In this document: one piece after another, positions 1 to 11,016 of the stretch | How positions within the stretch are numbered: position 1 is the stretch's first letter | How the letters are laid out: each line of letters begins with the position of its first letter | Assembly (NCBI RefSeq): GCF_004010195.1 | Contig: NW_025215381.1 | Location: 752,958 to 772,957, forward strand | Direction: 5' to 3' | Origin: Chiloscyllium plagiosum | Taxonomy: Eukaryota | Length of the DNA stretch: 20,000 bases | Translations under genes and position numbers: made by a program | Notes under the pieces: generated by a model | The model's database searches: none | What the model was told of the DNA's origin: nothing | Seen by the model: only the letters and a program-made list of their open reading frames with translations

Positions 1-610
1 GTGAAGAAAATGTGGAATATAGAGAGAGGGGAAAATAGTAAACAATAATGGGAAGTTGAATAAACACTAGGGAGAAAACTGGAGGTTGACAGGGTAAGCA
101 GATAAGGGGCAGCTTTGGTCTAGCAGAAAGATGACCAATTGGGACAAAGCTTGCTTGTGATGGAAATTTTATGCAACAGCTAAACTCCCACTGACAGGTA
201 TTCTGCTATTAGGACCAGAATAAAAGTGGCCTTCCTAACCAAGAGCATTATTGTAGCCACTCCAAATCCAGTTGAACATTAAACATCTGAGCACAGCCAC
301 CACCTAACCTATTCTGCCCTGGGTCACTTGATGCCATGTGGTACTGGACTTCACCTTGTGCTCAATCACCAGCATTACAATGCAATTCTGACAAGCAAAT
401 CTCCCCTTGATCCACTCATGCGACTTGCGTAAGCCACCCAGATTCATTCCTGTGTGGGAACTGTTGGCAAGGTTGCCACTTTATCCATCCCCAGGGATGG
501 AGGGGAGGGTGCAGTTTGAAGGATTGGTAACTTTCTTCCACCATGTGGTTAAAAGTGCAGATTTGTCATAAATGGCTAAATGGCTTGTTGGAAAATCTCT
601 GGTCACTTAC

Positions 611-730
611 CTGAGCCACACGAGCCTGGCGTCTGACAAAGCCTCTGCGGAACCGGCGACGGTTTGGGGCATAGGGACTCCCTTTGACTGGAACACCTCC
701 TGGGCCAGTCACATTTGCAGCCTCAACAGT
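611..730 (-). CDS. ybx2: Y-box protein coding exon 5 (CSD end and first basic cluster)
   Basis: 120 bp, ctctactctttctgctacag| acceptor and CAG|GTAAGT donor. Encodes TVEAANVTGPGGVPVKGSPYAPNRRRFRRGFVRRQARVAQ. VPVKGSxxAPNRRRFRR resembles YBX2/FRGY2 rather than YBX1 (VPVQGSKYAADR). Confidence 0.93.
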
Positions 731-1289
731 CTGTAGCAGAAAGAGTAGAGGTGGAAATCAGGTCACATCCATTATATAGTTGAATCACAGAATCACAACA
801 CTTCGACTGAATGGCCCTCTAGTATATCATTGCTGTTACTGCACTCTGGAAGAGCAACCTCCTCCCCCTCCACAGTCTTCCTTCAATTGGCCAAGCCTTC
901 TCATTACCAGCACATTACCAATCCTAACTACTCACTGAAAAGTTTGATAGTGTACAGTATTCAACTTGCTTTGTCAGTTATTTGACTGACCAAGATCTTT
1001 TGCACCTTAAGGGATTAATGCTTAGTTGGTATAATCTGTGCTTGAAAAAGTGGTCCAGGCTTGTGAAGCCTTTTAATGTTTACCCCAAGCCAGCTCAGTC
1101 AGCCTGTGCCTCACATCTGCAATTTCTTTAAAAAGATTTAAGGCCCTATAGACAAACGCCAGGTTGATCAAGGTGGAGAAAATAGGCTAAGTGCGTGAAC
1201 TTCAGGAACAGACCTAGAGCTTGTACAAGCATGCAAAACAGGAGTAGGCTTTCAAGCTTGCTATGCCACAAGCATCATGGCTGATCATT

Positions 1290-1637
1290 GGCAGCACAGT
1301 AGCTCAGCTGTTAGCACTGCTGTCTCAGCACAGGGACCCAGTTTGAATTCAGCCTTGGGCAACCATCTGTAGAGTTTGCATGTTCTTCTTATGTCTGTAG
1401 GTTTCATCCAGCTGCACAGTTTGCTCCCATAGTGTAAAGGGGTGCAGGTTAGGTGGATTGGCCATGCTAAATTGCCCATAGTATCCAAGGATGTGCAGGC
1501 AAAGGGATTTAGCTGTGAGAATTTCAGGGTCACAGGGATAAGGTGGAGGCTGAGGGGAAGGGGTCTGGATGGGAGGCTGTTGAGGGGATCAGTGTACTTG
1601 ATGGGCCAAATGGCCTGCTTCCACACTAGAGATTCCA
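1290..1637 (+). mobile_element. tRNA-derived V-SINE (HE1-like)
   Basis: tRNA-like head ggcagcacagtagctcagctgttagcactgct...gaattc, V-SINE core gtgcaggttaggtggattggccatgctaaattgccc, and LINE-like tail gatgggccaaatggcctgcttcc. Confidence 0.85.
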
Positions 1638-1880
1638 CAATTCAACTCAGTTCCCCATTCTTGTTTTATCCCTATAGAGAAAGATCATTCAGCCCTAATA
1701 CTAACTCCTTTCAAAAGAATTATTTTGGCTTCAACCAGTGCCAGAGAATTCCACAGGTACAATAGCTTGGGAAGAGGGAGATTCCTTGTGATCAATCTAA
1801 ATGGCCTACCCTGTTATCCTTAACCAGATCCTAGTTTTGGATTCTCCAGTCACTAGGAATCTTTGACTTACCTAGTCCTG

Positions 1881-2517
1881 TGTTATGAAGTTGTAGGCAT
1901 GTACTACACCTTTAAGGGAGCTGAAATCTCTGGTTGACAATGCGCTAAGATTTTTTAAAATTGTAACACTTCGTTGACAAATATCTGGAGCTGCATTGCC
2001 AAGGTACAAAACACATTCAAATTTGGCCGATTGGTTTAAATTATGCCCCAGACACAAATCCAAATCAAGTTTGAATTTTACTGTTTTAATGTCATCCAAA
2101 ATGAAGTTGTGTTGTTTTGGGGTATAAAATCAAACATTTTGAATAGTCAGAGGGAGAACAGAGCAGCCAAGCACCAACTGCCAAAATAGCTCCCTGAAAG
2201 GTACCTGTCCTTAAGAAACTTGCAGCAAAATATCAAAGCTGACCAAGAGCAATCTACAGGGAAAGTTTGACATCCAAACATATACATTTGTTTGAAATTG
2301 GGTTTGCCATAAATTTGAGGGCATTTAGCAGATCAGTATTGTAGAGAGGTAAAAACAGGTTTAAGAGAATGGAGTTATAAATTGTTTATTTTGGGGCTTA
2401 AACAATAATTTACAGTATTTCAGATTGTTCTTTGCCTCTAAATTTAACAGATTATGGCACAAAATGAGCTTTACTGTATTTGGTTGAAATTAGGAGGGTT
2501 TACCCCAAGTTGTAACA
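1881..2517 (+). mobile_element. Probable solo LTR
   Basis: 637 bp bounded by TGTTATGA...TTGTAACA (TG...CA, imperfect inverted termini), with internal TATAAAA at 2123. Interrupts a CR1 fragment that rejoins across it (agtcctg|gttagaa). No clear TSD. Confidence 0.55.
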
Positions 2518-2809
2518 GGTTAGAAATTTGAGAAAGCCCCTATTCTCAAACTCTAGTTGAGATAATTCCAACCAATCCAGTCTCCCTTCATCCCACCATC
2601 AAGGAATCATTCTAGTAATATCCTTCCTGTAAGGATAACAAAACTGCAGTAGTTCAGGTGTGGCTACACCAAGGCCTTATAAAATTGCAAGGCATCCCTG
2701 CTCTATACTAATCTTCTCACTAAGGCCAATGTACCATTTTCCTTCTTAACTTGCTTATTTCCAGCAACTGGAATACAAGGTAGTGTTGTATCTGCCCCTT
2801 TCCCAATCT

Positions 2810-3648
2810 AGTGGAGTGCCACAAGGATCAGTGCTGGGTCCTCTACTTTGTCATTTACATAAATTACTTGGATGCGAGCATAAGAGGTACAGTTAGTAAG
2901 TTTGCAGATGACACCAAAATTNNNNNNNNNNNNNNNNNNNNNNNNNNNNNNNNNNNNNNNNNNNNNNNNNNNNNNNNNNNNNNNNNNNNNNNNNNNNNNN
3001 NNNNNNNNNNNNNNNNNNNNNNNNNNNNNNNNNNNNNNNNNNNNNNNNNNNNNNNNNNNNNNNNNNNNNNNNNNNNNNNNNNNNNNNNNNNNNNNNNNNN
3101 NNNNNNNNNNNNNNNNNNNNNNNNNNNNNNNNNNNNNNNNNNNNNNNNNNNNNNNNNNNNNNNNNNNNNNNNNNNNNNNNNNNNNNNNNNNNNNNNNNNN
3201 NNNNNNNNNNNNNNNNNNNNNNNNNNNNNNNNNNNNNNNNNNNNNNNNNNNNNNNNNNNNNNNNNNNNNNNNNNNNNNNNNNNNNNNNNNNNNNNNNNNN
3301 NNNNNNNNNNNNNNNNNNNNNNNNNNNNNNNNNNNNNNNNNNNNNNNNNNNNNNNNNNNNNNNNNNNNNNNNNNNNNNNNNNNNNNNNNNNNNNNNNNNN
3401 NNNNNNNNNNNNNNNNNNNNNNNNNNNNNNNNNNNNNNNNNNNNNNNNNNNNNNTGAGCTGCCAGAGGATGTGGCGGAGGCTGGTACAATTACAACATTT
3501 AAGAGGCATTTGGATGGGTATATGAATAGGAAGGGTTTGGAGGGATATGGGCCGGGTACTGGCAGGTGGGACTAGTTTGGGTTCGGATATCTGGTCGGCA
3601 TGGACGGGTTGGACCAAAGGGTCTGTTTCCATGCTGTACATCTGACTA
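2810..3648 (+). mobile_element. Younger CR1/HER1-type LINE 3' fragment spanning an N-gap
   Basis: Begins with GVPQGSVLGP-coding sequence and SKFADDTKI. After the gap it reads ELPEDVAEAGTITTFKRHLDGYM plus the 3' tail shared with the copies at 9700-9895 and 14140-14335. Confidence 0.88.
2922..3454. other. Assembly gap
   Basis: Run of N. Confidence 1.
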
Positions 3649-3729
3649 TCACCAGATATTTGCCTTGTCTTCATTTCCAAAGTGGAAAACCTTATCTATC
3701 CACATTATAATTTCTCTGCCAAAGGGCAC

Positions 3730-4590
3730 TAAAGCAAGAATGTATGGAACACAAATTGCAAAATGTTTCTCTTCACATACTGATAGAAAAAAGGTTGGTG
3801 AAGTCAAATGTAGGCCTCTTACAGTCAGAGGAAGTTACAATGAGGAATAAAAATGGCAAACAAATCAAATTCATACTTTGTTTATGTCTTCAAAACAGGA
3901 AGAAATCTCCCAAATGGTTGGGAACAGTGTCTAGTGAGAGGACGGAACTAAAAGAGAAACAGGGAAATTGTCAGGAAAATGGATAAAACTCCAGTGGATG
4001 TAATTCTAACCAATACAGTCTCCCTTCATCCCATCAGCCCAGGATTCATTCTGCTAATATCCTTCTCCAGATTAATCCTCAGGGCCTGATTATCTACATC
4101 CCAAAATAGCTAAGTGGCCCAAGAAATACTGGATATCATTGGTGGTCACCTTCCAAGATTCTATAGACGGAAACAGTCTACTGTTTGGACGGTTGCTAAA
4201 GTAGCCCCACTATTTAAATAGGCAGAGGGGAGAATAGCTAATCAGTGTAATTCCCTGTCCAGGAGAAGATACACTACAGTCCATAAAGAGCTAGTTGAGC
4301 CAAGATCCAACAGGATCAACTAGATATAAAATTTGTGCTTAGTCTCCCAAAAATTTGCATTGCAACTAGCAAAGAGTAAGCCAATGAATGTGGTTTACTT
4401 GGATTTGGGAAGGCTTTTGACAAGGTCCCACAAAGACTAACAAAATTAAAATCCATGGGATTAAGAGTGTACTGGCATGAGTAGAGAACTGGTTGACAAG
4501 CAGACAGTTTGAACAAAAGTCTTATCCAAATAAGAGGCAATGACCAGTGGGGTACTGCAGGATCAGGGGTTGGACCTCAGCTATTCAACA
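3730..4590 (+). mobile_element. Old CR1-type LINE ORF2 fragment
   Basis: Degenerate YLDF.KAFDKVPH (4396-4432) and GV.QGS..GPQLF (4549-4587) RT motifs. Confidence 0.7.
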
Positions 4591-4729
4591 CATGGCTGAA
4601 AAAAAAATAGAAACAGGAGTATTAAGAATTAAAAATTGTAGAGCAATTCTACCGAGAAGCTACGCAAGTGTCAAAACTCTAGAAGGAAGGGTCTTTGGGA
4701 AGAAATAATGCAAGAATTCTAAAAGTGGA

Positions 4730-5850
4730 GAAACTAATAGGACTGATTCTGAAACCCTCAATCTATATTCCAAGATACTAAAGGAGGTAGCCATAGAAAT
4801 ATGGAGGCATTTGTCAACATCTTCTAAATTGAGCTTGGAACAGCCCAGTAAAGAGGGCAGCAAGTGCAACAATAGCACAGGAATTACAGATCATTATGAA
4901 ATTAAGAAAAATGGTGAGTTATCTTAATGCCATAACAAGACATCTATAAAATACCAGTATTACACAAAGTCAACATGTACTTAAAGGGACATGTTTAACA
5001 ACTGTGGAGTTGAAGTAATAATAGAGTAGATGGAATACCAGTGGATGTGGTATATTTTGATCAGATTATGCAAAATCAGTAATGTGGGATTGGTGACAAT
5101 GGATTGAGAATTATTAGAAACACGGTAAATGCAGTATGGCATGGATAATTATGAAGTTGCTCATTTTAGTTGGAAACTTGAATGTCCTTCTACATTAATC
5201 ATTGTATGCTGCATTTGCATCCTTGCTTTCAGTCAGCAAGACACTGTTGTCCTTCAAGTAAGAGGGTTTGTATGAAGGGCCTTGGTGAGACCACACCTGG
5301 GAATACTGTGTAGTTGTCTCCTCACCCAGGAAGATTAGAGCAAAATATTCACAAGATTGATGCCTAAATTAACGAGATTGGGTTGGGTGAGCCTCGAGTT
5401 TAGAAAGAAGGGATCTCATTGAAACAATTCCCACAAGGCTGCACAGACTGGAAGCAGGAATATTCCCCTTGGCCAGACAGTTCAGAACAAGGGACACTGG
5501 ATTCAGGGCAATAAATTTCAGGCAAAAAAGGAACAATTTCTTAACACTGATGGATCTATGAAAACCTCTACCATAAGAGTGTGGCAATGCCAATGTGAGA
5601 AAGTTCGAACTCACGTCACAGGTTATAGTCCAATATGTTTATTTGGCAGTACTGGATATCAGGAACAGTGCTTTCAAATAAAGCTGTTGGACTACAACCT
5701 GGTGACAATTTGAAGAAATGTTGCTAGAAATCTAAAGTGTGCCAAAGGATATGGGGAGAGAGCACAAGTATGGCATTAGATCGAATATAAACATAGCAGA
5801 TCATCTAAAGTAGAGTAGGCTCAATGAGCCAGTGTACACTTGCTATGATT
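4730..5850 (+). mobile_element. Highly decayed CR1-type LINE
   Basis: Remnants of ILKEVA (4775), VDVVY.D (5041), LVRPHL.Y (5282) and 3'UTR-like sequence at about 5745-5850. Confidence 0.6.
5619..5704. repeat. Inverted-repeat remnant of the Penelope pLTR terminus (same family as 16609/19690)
   Basis: caggttatagtccaatatgtttatttggcagtac ... gtgctttcaaataaagctgttggactacaacctg. The arms are reverse-complementary and match the pLTR sequence caggttatagtccaacaggtttaattggaagcac. Confidence 0.8.
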
Positions 5851-5932
5851 TGTTTTACAACAACCATTTTACTGAAGGATAAACAAACATCAACCCTAAG
5901 GACATTAGGAGCATTAGGAAATTGGAACATAC

Positions 5933-6028
5933 CTCTGCCTTTGCTCCCTCGACGACATCAAACTCCACAATCTCTCCATTCCCAACACTTCGTAAGTACT
6001 TGCGAGGATTGTTTCTGGTGATGGCAGT
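5933..6028 (-). CDS. ybx2: Y-box protein coding exon 4 (90 bp to GC donor at 5939, or 96 bp to GT donor at 5933)
   Basis: Encodes [30 protein letters not shown](AE). Acceptor ttctttccctgaccctgagaag|. Donor is either AAG|GCAGAG or GAG|GTATGT. Confidence 0.95.
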
Positions 6029-6288
6029 CTTCTCAGGGTCAGGGAAAGAAGATATCAGAGTTAGGAGTGTAAGTGAACAGCATTGCACAAAACTCTCCAG
6101 AAGAGAGCATAACTTGGCACCCAATTTGGGAATGCAGGTGACTGACTGAGGCTAACCTCCATGACAGGTAAACAAGCAGATAGTGGCAGGTTTGCAGTGC
6201 AAGTGACACGAGTACAGCAACCACCTATATTTACCTAGCAGCTTTTGAATTAAGTTGGATATCACTACAGTGATAGTCAGACAAAATT

Positions 6289-6368
6289 CCTGATGAATTG
6301 CTTCTGCCCGAGATGTCAATTCTCCTGCTCCAAATACACCTAACCTGCTGTGCTTTTTAGTACCACAT
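6289..6368 (+). repeat. Penelope-derived pLTR fragment with degenerate hammerhead (family 2)
   Basis: cctgatgaattgcttctgcccgagatgtc...aacctgctgtgctttttagtaccac is homologous to 12795-12870. Confidence 0.65.
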
Positions 6369-6661
6369 GTTGGAGGTCAGGTGAAACATCTGTCACCCTC
6401 ACTTTCTCCCAGGCCAAAATTTGACCCCAAGCTAAGTCTGAAAATATTATGGAAGGTAATCAGAAGCTTAGTCAGGTAGGTTTCAAGGAAGGTCTTGGAG
6501 AGGTTGACCTGTTGAGCAAATTCTGGAGGCAGCTCAAGACAGCTAGCCACAGTAGAGTGATTACACTTAGCACAAGGCCAGAATCAAATGGGAGGGGATT
6601 TTTAAGAGTGCAAGTTGGCAACAGAGCAATTTGAGTGTGCATGCCCATTTAAAACAGAGGT

Positions 6662-6853
6662 CGAGAGTGTGGTGCTGGAAAAGCACAGGTCAGGCAGCAG
6701 AAGAACAGGAGTCAACATTTTGGGCAAAAGCCATTCCTGGTGAAAGACTCTCGCCTGAAGCGTCAACTCTCCTGCTTCAGATGCAGCTTGATCTGCTGTG
6801 CTTTTCCAGCACCACACTGACACTGATCTCATCCTGCAGTCCTCACTTCCTCC
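6662..6853 (+). mobile_element. ~190-bp Penelope-derived inverted-pLTR hairpin element (family 2) with TSD
   Basis: Arms gtgtggtgctggaaaagcaca.../...tgtgcttttccagcaccacac. Centre cctggtgaaag...gaagcgtc is a decayed hammerhead. Flanked by ttaaaaca(g/a)aggt at 6649-6661 and 6854-6866. Confidence 0.8.
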
Positions 6854-7214
6854 TTAAAACAAAGGTGCCAGTCATGGTGGCAACTGATGGGCTCAGGGGA
6901 AAGACAGGTGAACAGGATTATGCATAAAATCAGACAGGTGCACTTGTTACCAGTGGATTCAGGAGTGGATGATGAGGTGCCAACCTACAGAGCACTGGGG
7001 CAGGCCACACTGCACAAAGGTTCTTCAGGAAGTGAAGAAATAGTCCAGTAAGCAATACACCAAGCTATTTGACCTCAGGAACCATCATTTAACCCCATCC
7101 TACCTGCCCTGAACATTAATTTTATTAAATTCCTTCTGAAAAAAAATAAGATACCACATTAGTCTACTCAAGAACCCAGGATGTTGGAAGCAGCTAAAAG
7201 ACAATTGAGCAAAG

Positions 7215-8967
7215 GGGCATTTTCAGGATGCAACTAAGAGTGCCACAGGGATCAGTGCTGGTGTCACATTACTTGCAATTGTCTTGACTTGCATGAGGAA
7301 AGTGATCATAATATTGTCATGTTGTGGATAGCAAGGGATGAGGATGACACTTAGGAATAAGAAAGGCAAATTGAATGCTGGTTTTTATTTCAAGAGATTC
7401 TATAAATCAGTCAAGAACAAAAAAGGGAGAATAGGACCCCGTAAAGATCAAAGAGGTCATCTTTGTGTTGACAATCAGGAGATGGAAGAAATATTAAATG
7501 AATATTCTGCATCAGTTTTTACTGAGGAGAAAAATAGAGGCCAGGGAACTCTAATATTAATGTTTTGAAAACAGTTCATATTACACTAGTACTGGAGCTC
7601 TTAGAAAACAAAGGTGGCTAAAATCTCTGGGACCTGATCAAGGGTGGGTACACAAATAAGAGTTGAGGGATATGGGTCAAATGGGATGATACTATTGCTA
7701 CCAAGACAGGAACAGATGTCAGAAAGATGCAACAACTTCCCCAATATTGACTGGGACTCCGTTAGAGCAAGAGGCTTGGACAGGGCTCTAGGTGTATCCA
7801 AACAGTATATTTCTACAATAGTATGTGGTTAGTTCAATTAGGAGGGGCCATTCAGGACTTATTGGCTAATAGCCTGGCCTGATGACTGACCTTTCAGTGA
7901 GACAGTATTTTGGAAAAAAAGTGATCACAACTCAAATTTAGATCACTACGTCAGACCTTTAAAGAAATTAGTAAATGGAGGGCAAAATATGCAGTATTAG
8001 ACAGAGCTAGAGAGAATTAACTGCAAGTAGCTGTTTTCAGGCAAGTCTACATTTGCAATGTGGGAATTGTTTAAAGGCCTGCTAATCAATTCAGGACTGG
8101 CATGTTCTAGTAAGGACGAAGGACAAGGATGACAGAGTAAGGGACCCTTTGATAATAAAAGGGAAGCTGAATTTAGTCACAAGGAAAAAAGCAGCACACG
8201 TAACGTTTAGGAAGTGAAAATCAAAGGGCCCTTGAGGAATATAAAGAAAACAGGAAAAAATTCAGGCAGGGAATTAGGAGAGCAATGAGGGGGCCATGAA
8301 ATTATTTGTGTTGCTGGAAAAGCACAGCAGGTCAGGCAGCAAAGGAGCAGGAGAATCGATGTTTTGGGCATAAGCCTTGATTCCTGAAGGGTTTATGCCC
8401 AAAACGTCAATTCGCCTGCTCCTTTGATGCTGCCTGACCTGCTGCACTTTTCCAGCAACATTTTTCAGCTCTAATCTCCAGCATCTGCAGTCCTCACTTT
8501 CTCCATGAAATGATTTGGAGAAGTAGAGCTAAAGAATCAAGGCATTCTATACATTTATTAAAGGATAAGCAGGATGTGGGTAGGACCACTCAAGGATAAA
8601 GGAGGGAACTTGTTTTTGGAGGCAGAGGATATGGGTAAGATCGTAAATGATTACTTTGTCAACATTCACCTGAAGGATAGGAGGATAGTGAGATGTGTGG
8701 AGCATGACAATATGCCAGGGTATTAAGTTAAAGAAAGAAAATGTGTTGGCCTCCAAGAAAATTAGGTAGACAAGTCCCTAGGACCTGATTGTATTTACTC
8801 CAAGTTATTGAGAGGCAAGAGATTGAGAGCCCTGACCAAGATCTTTGTATCCTCCAGCCACTGGAGGTCCTACAGGACTAGCTGCTGTTTTTCTGTTCAG
8901 GGGGCAGCTTTTAAAAAACTTTGGTTAGGCCACACTTAGTATTGCATTTAATTCTGATTGCCACATT
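7215..8967 (+). mobile_element. Cluster of old CR1-type LINE fragments
   Basis: VPQGSVL remnant (7240), RIGP.KDQRGHLC...EILNEY.ASVFT.E (7428-7530), similar motif at 8580-8670, endonuclease/linker remnants at 7740-8290. Confidence 0.7.
8309..8502 (+). mobile_element. ~190-bp Penelope-derived inverted-pLTR hairpin element (family 2) with TSD
   Basis: Arms tgttgctggaaaagcacagcaggtcaggcagc.../...gctgcctgacctgctgcacttttccagcaaca. Centre ctgaagggtttatgcccaaaacgtc. Flanked by ccatgaaat(t/g)atttg at 8294-8308 and 8503-8517. Confidence 0.85.
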
Positions 8968-9896
8968 GCCATTTACATGAATGATTTGGATGCAAGCATA
9001 AGAGGTATACTTAGTAAGTTGACAGATGACAAAAATTGGAGTTGTAGTAGACAGCAAAGAGGGTTACCTCAGATTAAAACAGGATCTTGACCAGATGGGC
9101 TAAGTGGCAGATAGAGTTTAATTCAGATAAATGAGAGGTGCTACAATTTGGGAAAGCAAATCTTAGCTGGACTTATACACTTAATGGTAAGGTCCTAGGA
9201 AGTGTTGCTGAACAAAGAGGTTCATAGCTCCTTGAAAGTGGAGTCACAGGTAGATAGGATAGTGAAGGCTTTGGATATGCTTTCCTTTATTGGTCAGAGT
9301 ATGAGTACAGGAGTTGTTAGGTCATGTTGCAGCTGTACAGGACATTGGTTAGGCCACTGTTGGAATATTGCATGCAATTCTGGTCTCCTTCCTATCGGAA
9401 AGATATTGTGAAACTTGAAAGGGTTCCAAAAAGATTTACAAGGATGTTGCTAGGGTTGGAGGATTTGAGCTATAGGGAGGGGCTGAACAGGCTGGGGCTA
9501 TTTACCCTGGAGCATTAGAGGCTGAGGGGTGACCTTAGAGGTTTACAAAGGTGTGAGAGGCATGGATAAGGTAATTAGACAGTCTTTTCCCTGGGGTCGG
9601 GAGTCCAGAACTAGAGGACATAGGTTTAGGGTGAGAGGGGAAGATATAAAAGAGAACTAAGGGGCAACTTTTTCACAGAGGGTGGTACGTGTATGGAATG
9701 AGGATGTGGAGGAGGCTGGTACAATTGCAACATTTAAAAGGCATTTGGATGGGTATATGAATAGGAAGTGTTGGGAGGGATATGGGCCAGGTACTGGCAA
9801 GTGGGACTAGATTGGGTTGGGATATCTGGTCGGCATGGACAGGTTGGACAGTTGGGTCTGTTTCCGTGCTGTACATCTATGACACTATGACTGACT
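8968..9896 (+). mobile_element. Younger 5'-truncated CR1/HER1-type LINE nested in an older CR1
   Basis: MLQLYRTLVRPLLEYCMQFWSPSYRKDIVKLERV...RLGLFTLE and a complete 3' tail ending in (ctatga)-like repeats. The host CR1 rejoins as ccacatt|atagggaggatg. Confidence 0.9.
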
Positions 9897-10401
9897 ATTA
9901 TAGGGAGGATGTGAAGGCTTGAGAGAATGCAGAAGCAGTTTACCAGGATGCTGCTTGGATTAGATGGTATGAGTGAGGAGAGGCTGGACAAACTAGGGTT
10001 GTTTGCACTAGAACAGCAGAGACTGAGGTGAGACTTAATAGAAGTCAAAATGCATAGCTAGGGTTGATAGTCAGAATCCTTAACCCCCACTCCAGAGTTG
10101 TAATGCTTAATACAAGGGAGTGTGCATCTCAGTTTTGTGGTGGGGGTAAGCAAGAGTTTGAAGGAGATGCAAACAACAAGGTTTCTTAAACTACAGTGTT
10201 AAGAGTCTACAACATACTTCCAGGATGGTAGTGAACACATATGATCAACATGCTTAATGGGCTATTAGATAAGCACATGGATACACAAGGAATGGAGGGA
10301 TATGGTCTAAGGGCAGGCAGATAGGATTAGTTTAATTTAGTCACTTTTGACATGACAGTGGGCCCAGGGGCACATTGCTGTCCTGTACTGTTGTGTTCTA
10401 T
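9897..10401 (+). mobile_element. Older CR1-type LINE 3' end
   Basis: LERMQKQFTRML, RLDKLGLF.LEQ.RLR remnants and tail tgctgtcctgtactgttgtgttctatg. Confidence 0.75.
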
Positions 10402-10525
10402 GTCCAGTGATCCTTCAGAATGTTCTGAGGGCAAGCCACTGGACCCAGAACACTAATTGTACATTCCCTCCACAAATACTGCCAGCTCTCCCCTAGAGAT
10501 TCTCCAACATTTTCTGCTTTTGTTG
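10402..10525 (+). repeat. Decayed Penelope-type pLTR/hammerhead hairpin remnant (family 3)
   Basis: tccagtgatccttcagaa / ttctgagggcaagccactgga inverted pair, followed by ccacaaatactgccag...tctccaacattttctgcttttg, resembling family-2 tails. Confidence 0.45.
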
Positions 10526-11016
10526 CAAAAACAGAGTGTTTACTTAGGGCTCCATTGGAAGCAGACCACTAAATTCTGAAGTGCTTAATTCCTTTCCTGG
10601 GTTTGTTTAAGTGGGGAATCAGTAGGAATGATTGCTTTTCTCTCTCCTGGGAAAGTGACTAAGAGTCAAAATACTTGGGACAAATGAAAGTGCAGAATAG
10701 CACAAGAACCACAACCGGAAAATGGTTAGTTAAAAATTAAATACTTAAGTGCTTCAAAGTCCAAGTTTACCAAACACTCAGCACAGGATCAACACTATCC
10801 TGAACAATTTGCACAATCCAATTAGCATCACATTCCTTTTCTTCTAACTATATCCCCACACTAAACAATACTTCTGTCAGGAAGCATTCCAAAGTTTGCT
10901 TTCTACAGGTAAAGCCTTAATTGACAGGCTTAGAAAACAGTACTCAACCCCCTATCCAGGCTACCAAGTAACCTTCTTGAAAAGGAATTAAATGGAGAGT
11001 TCATTTTGAAACATAC

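Larger units (their letters stand above)
1225..3722 (-). mobile_element. Old CR1-type LINE 3' portion, interrupted by SINE, solo LTR and a younger CR1
   Basis: Colinear degenerate pieces at about 1225-1289, 1640-1880, 2518-2770 and 3665-3722 resemble the reverse complement of CR1 RT C-terminus and 3'UTR. Confidence 0.6.

Noticed and set aside
1..600. Search for ybx2 exon 6
   Set aside because: No convincing splice-bounded Arg-rich or acidic reading frame was found. Downstream exons probably lie outside the window.
1285..1765. Overlapping 117-aa and 107-aa ORFs, and a tRNA-like sequence at 1290
   Set aside because: Explained by the SINE. The tRNA-like head is degenerate and continues into SINE core.
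2808..3680. Long ORFs of 198-290 aa
   Set aside because: They are open only because they run through the N-gap, and the flanks are CR1 LINE sequence.
5855..6124. 89-aa ORF with a Y-box fragment, considered as a processed pseudogene or stand-alone gene
   Set aside because: Homology is limited to a splice-site-bounded exon that joins in phase with four other exons.
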